64,000 bases of DNA from Cenococcum geophilum (taxonomy: Eukaryota): assembly GCA_050273025.1 (NCBI GenBank), contig CP158635.1:8680001-8744000 (forward strand), read 5' to 3'. The notes under the pieces were generated by a model, which saw only the letters and a program-made list of their open reading frames with translations, was not told where the DNA came from and searched no databases. Position numbers and translations under genes: made by a program. Shown piece after piece: positions 63,569 to 64,000 of this stretch (the first letter of the stretch is position 1; the number at the start of each line of letters is the position of its first letter).

Positions 63569-64000
63569 TGTTGATCAGTAGTCCGTGCACCGATAAGTAA
63601 GTAAAGAATGAGGACTCTGTCTATTTAACTATGAAGAAAAGAAGCTATTTATATATGAGGTAGATGTCTGAAATAGGAAAGGGAGGGGGGGTATGTAACT
63701 GAAACGGGGGTAGTAGTATACCCGAAATAAGAACAAGGATAGGGTAATAGGCTAAATTCAACCTAAATCAATATACCCCCCTAGCTTTGAGCCCTTATAG
63801 GTTAAAGCTGCATTACGGGTATTGGCATAGTGTTAAGTTGAAAATACCCTATATCTTCTTGCTTGCCTTAGTTAATTTAGATCCTGTCCTTAATATTAAC
63901 CAAATTTAATTAATAAATAAATGTCTCGTGTTTCTGCCTTAGTAGAGCTTTTATTAAGCCGTCTGCTACCATCACTGCAGTAGGTATCTAGTTGATCCTA
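63569..64000 (-). mobile_element. Ty1/Copia 3' end (LTR 63569-63773 + RNase H tail), runs off the window
   Basis: TGTTGA...TCAATA LTR, PPT after 63773, minus-strand IPTAVMVADGL.KAL.RQKHETF. Confidence 0.8.

Overview
Filamentous ascomycete (Pezizomycotina-type) genomic DNA with spliceosomal introns, alternating between RIP-mutated, AT/TpA-rich transposon blocks (about 1-37186, 45200-50270, 62646-64000) and GC-balanced gene islands. Reading LTRs, TIRs and target-site duplications (TSDs) resolves three nested TE stacks. (i) A probable TIR element hosts a Copia (1838-16263), which hosts a Gypsy/chromovirus (5824-13843). (ii) A Tc1/DD34E element (21749-37184) hosts a second copy of that Gypsy (23494-37105), which hosts a full-length LINE (26296-31912). 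(iii) A hairpin-ended, 9-bp-TSD element (45677-50174) sits in the terminus of a relative and itself hosts a pol-less LTR element (45992-49883). Host genes: a secreted amidase, a CmcJ/NvfI/AsaB-like oxygenase, a nonsense-disrupted membrane protein, FMP52, a 75-aa spliced small protein, a homeobox+C2H2 transcription factor, a secreted LRR-like protein and a PTH11-like pseudogene. The best leads are (a) a spliced antisense Zn(II)2Cys6-like + coiled-coil gene carried by both Gypsy copies with signs of purifying selection, and (b) the TTACCTCAG-ended element family whose termini carry covarying hairpins. All TE protein calls come from manual reading of RIP-damaged frames; no database search was possible, so novelty is unverified.
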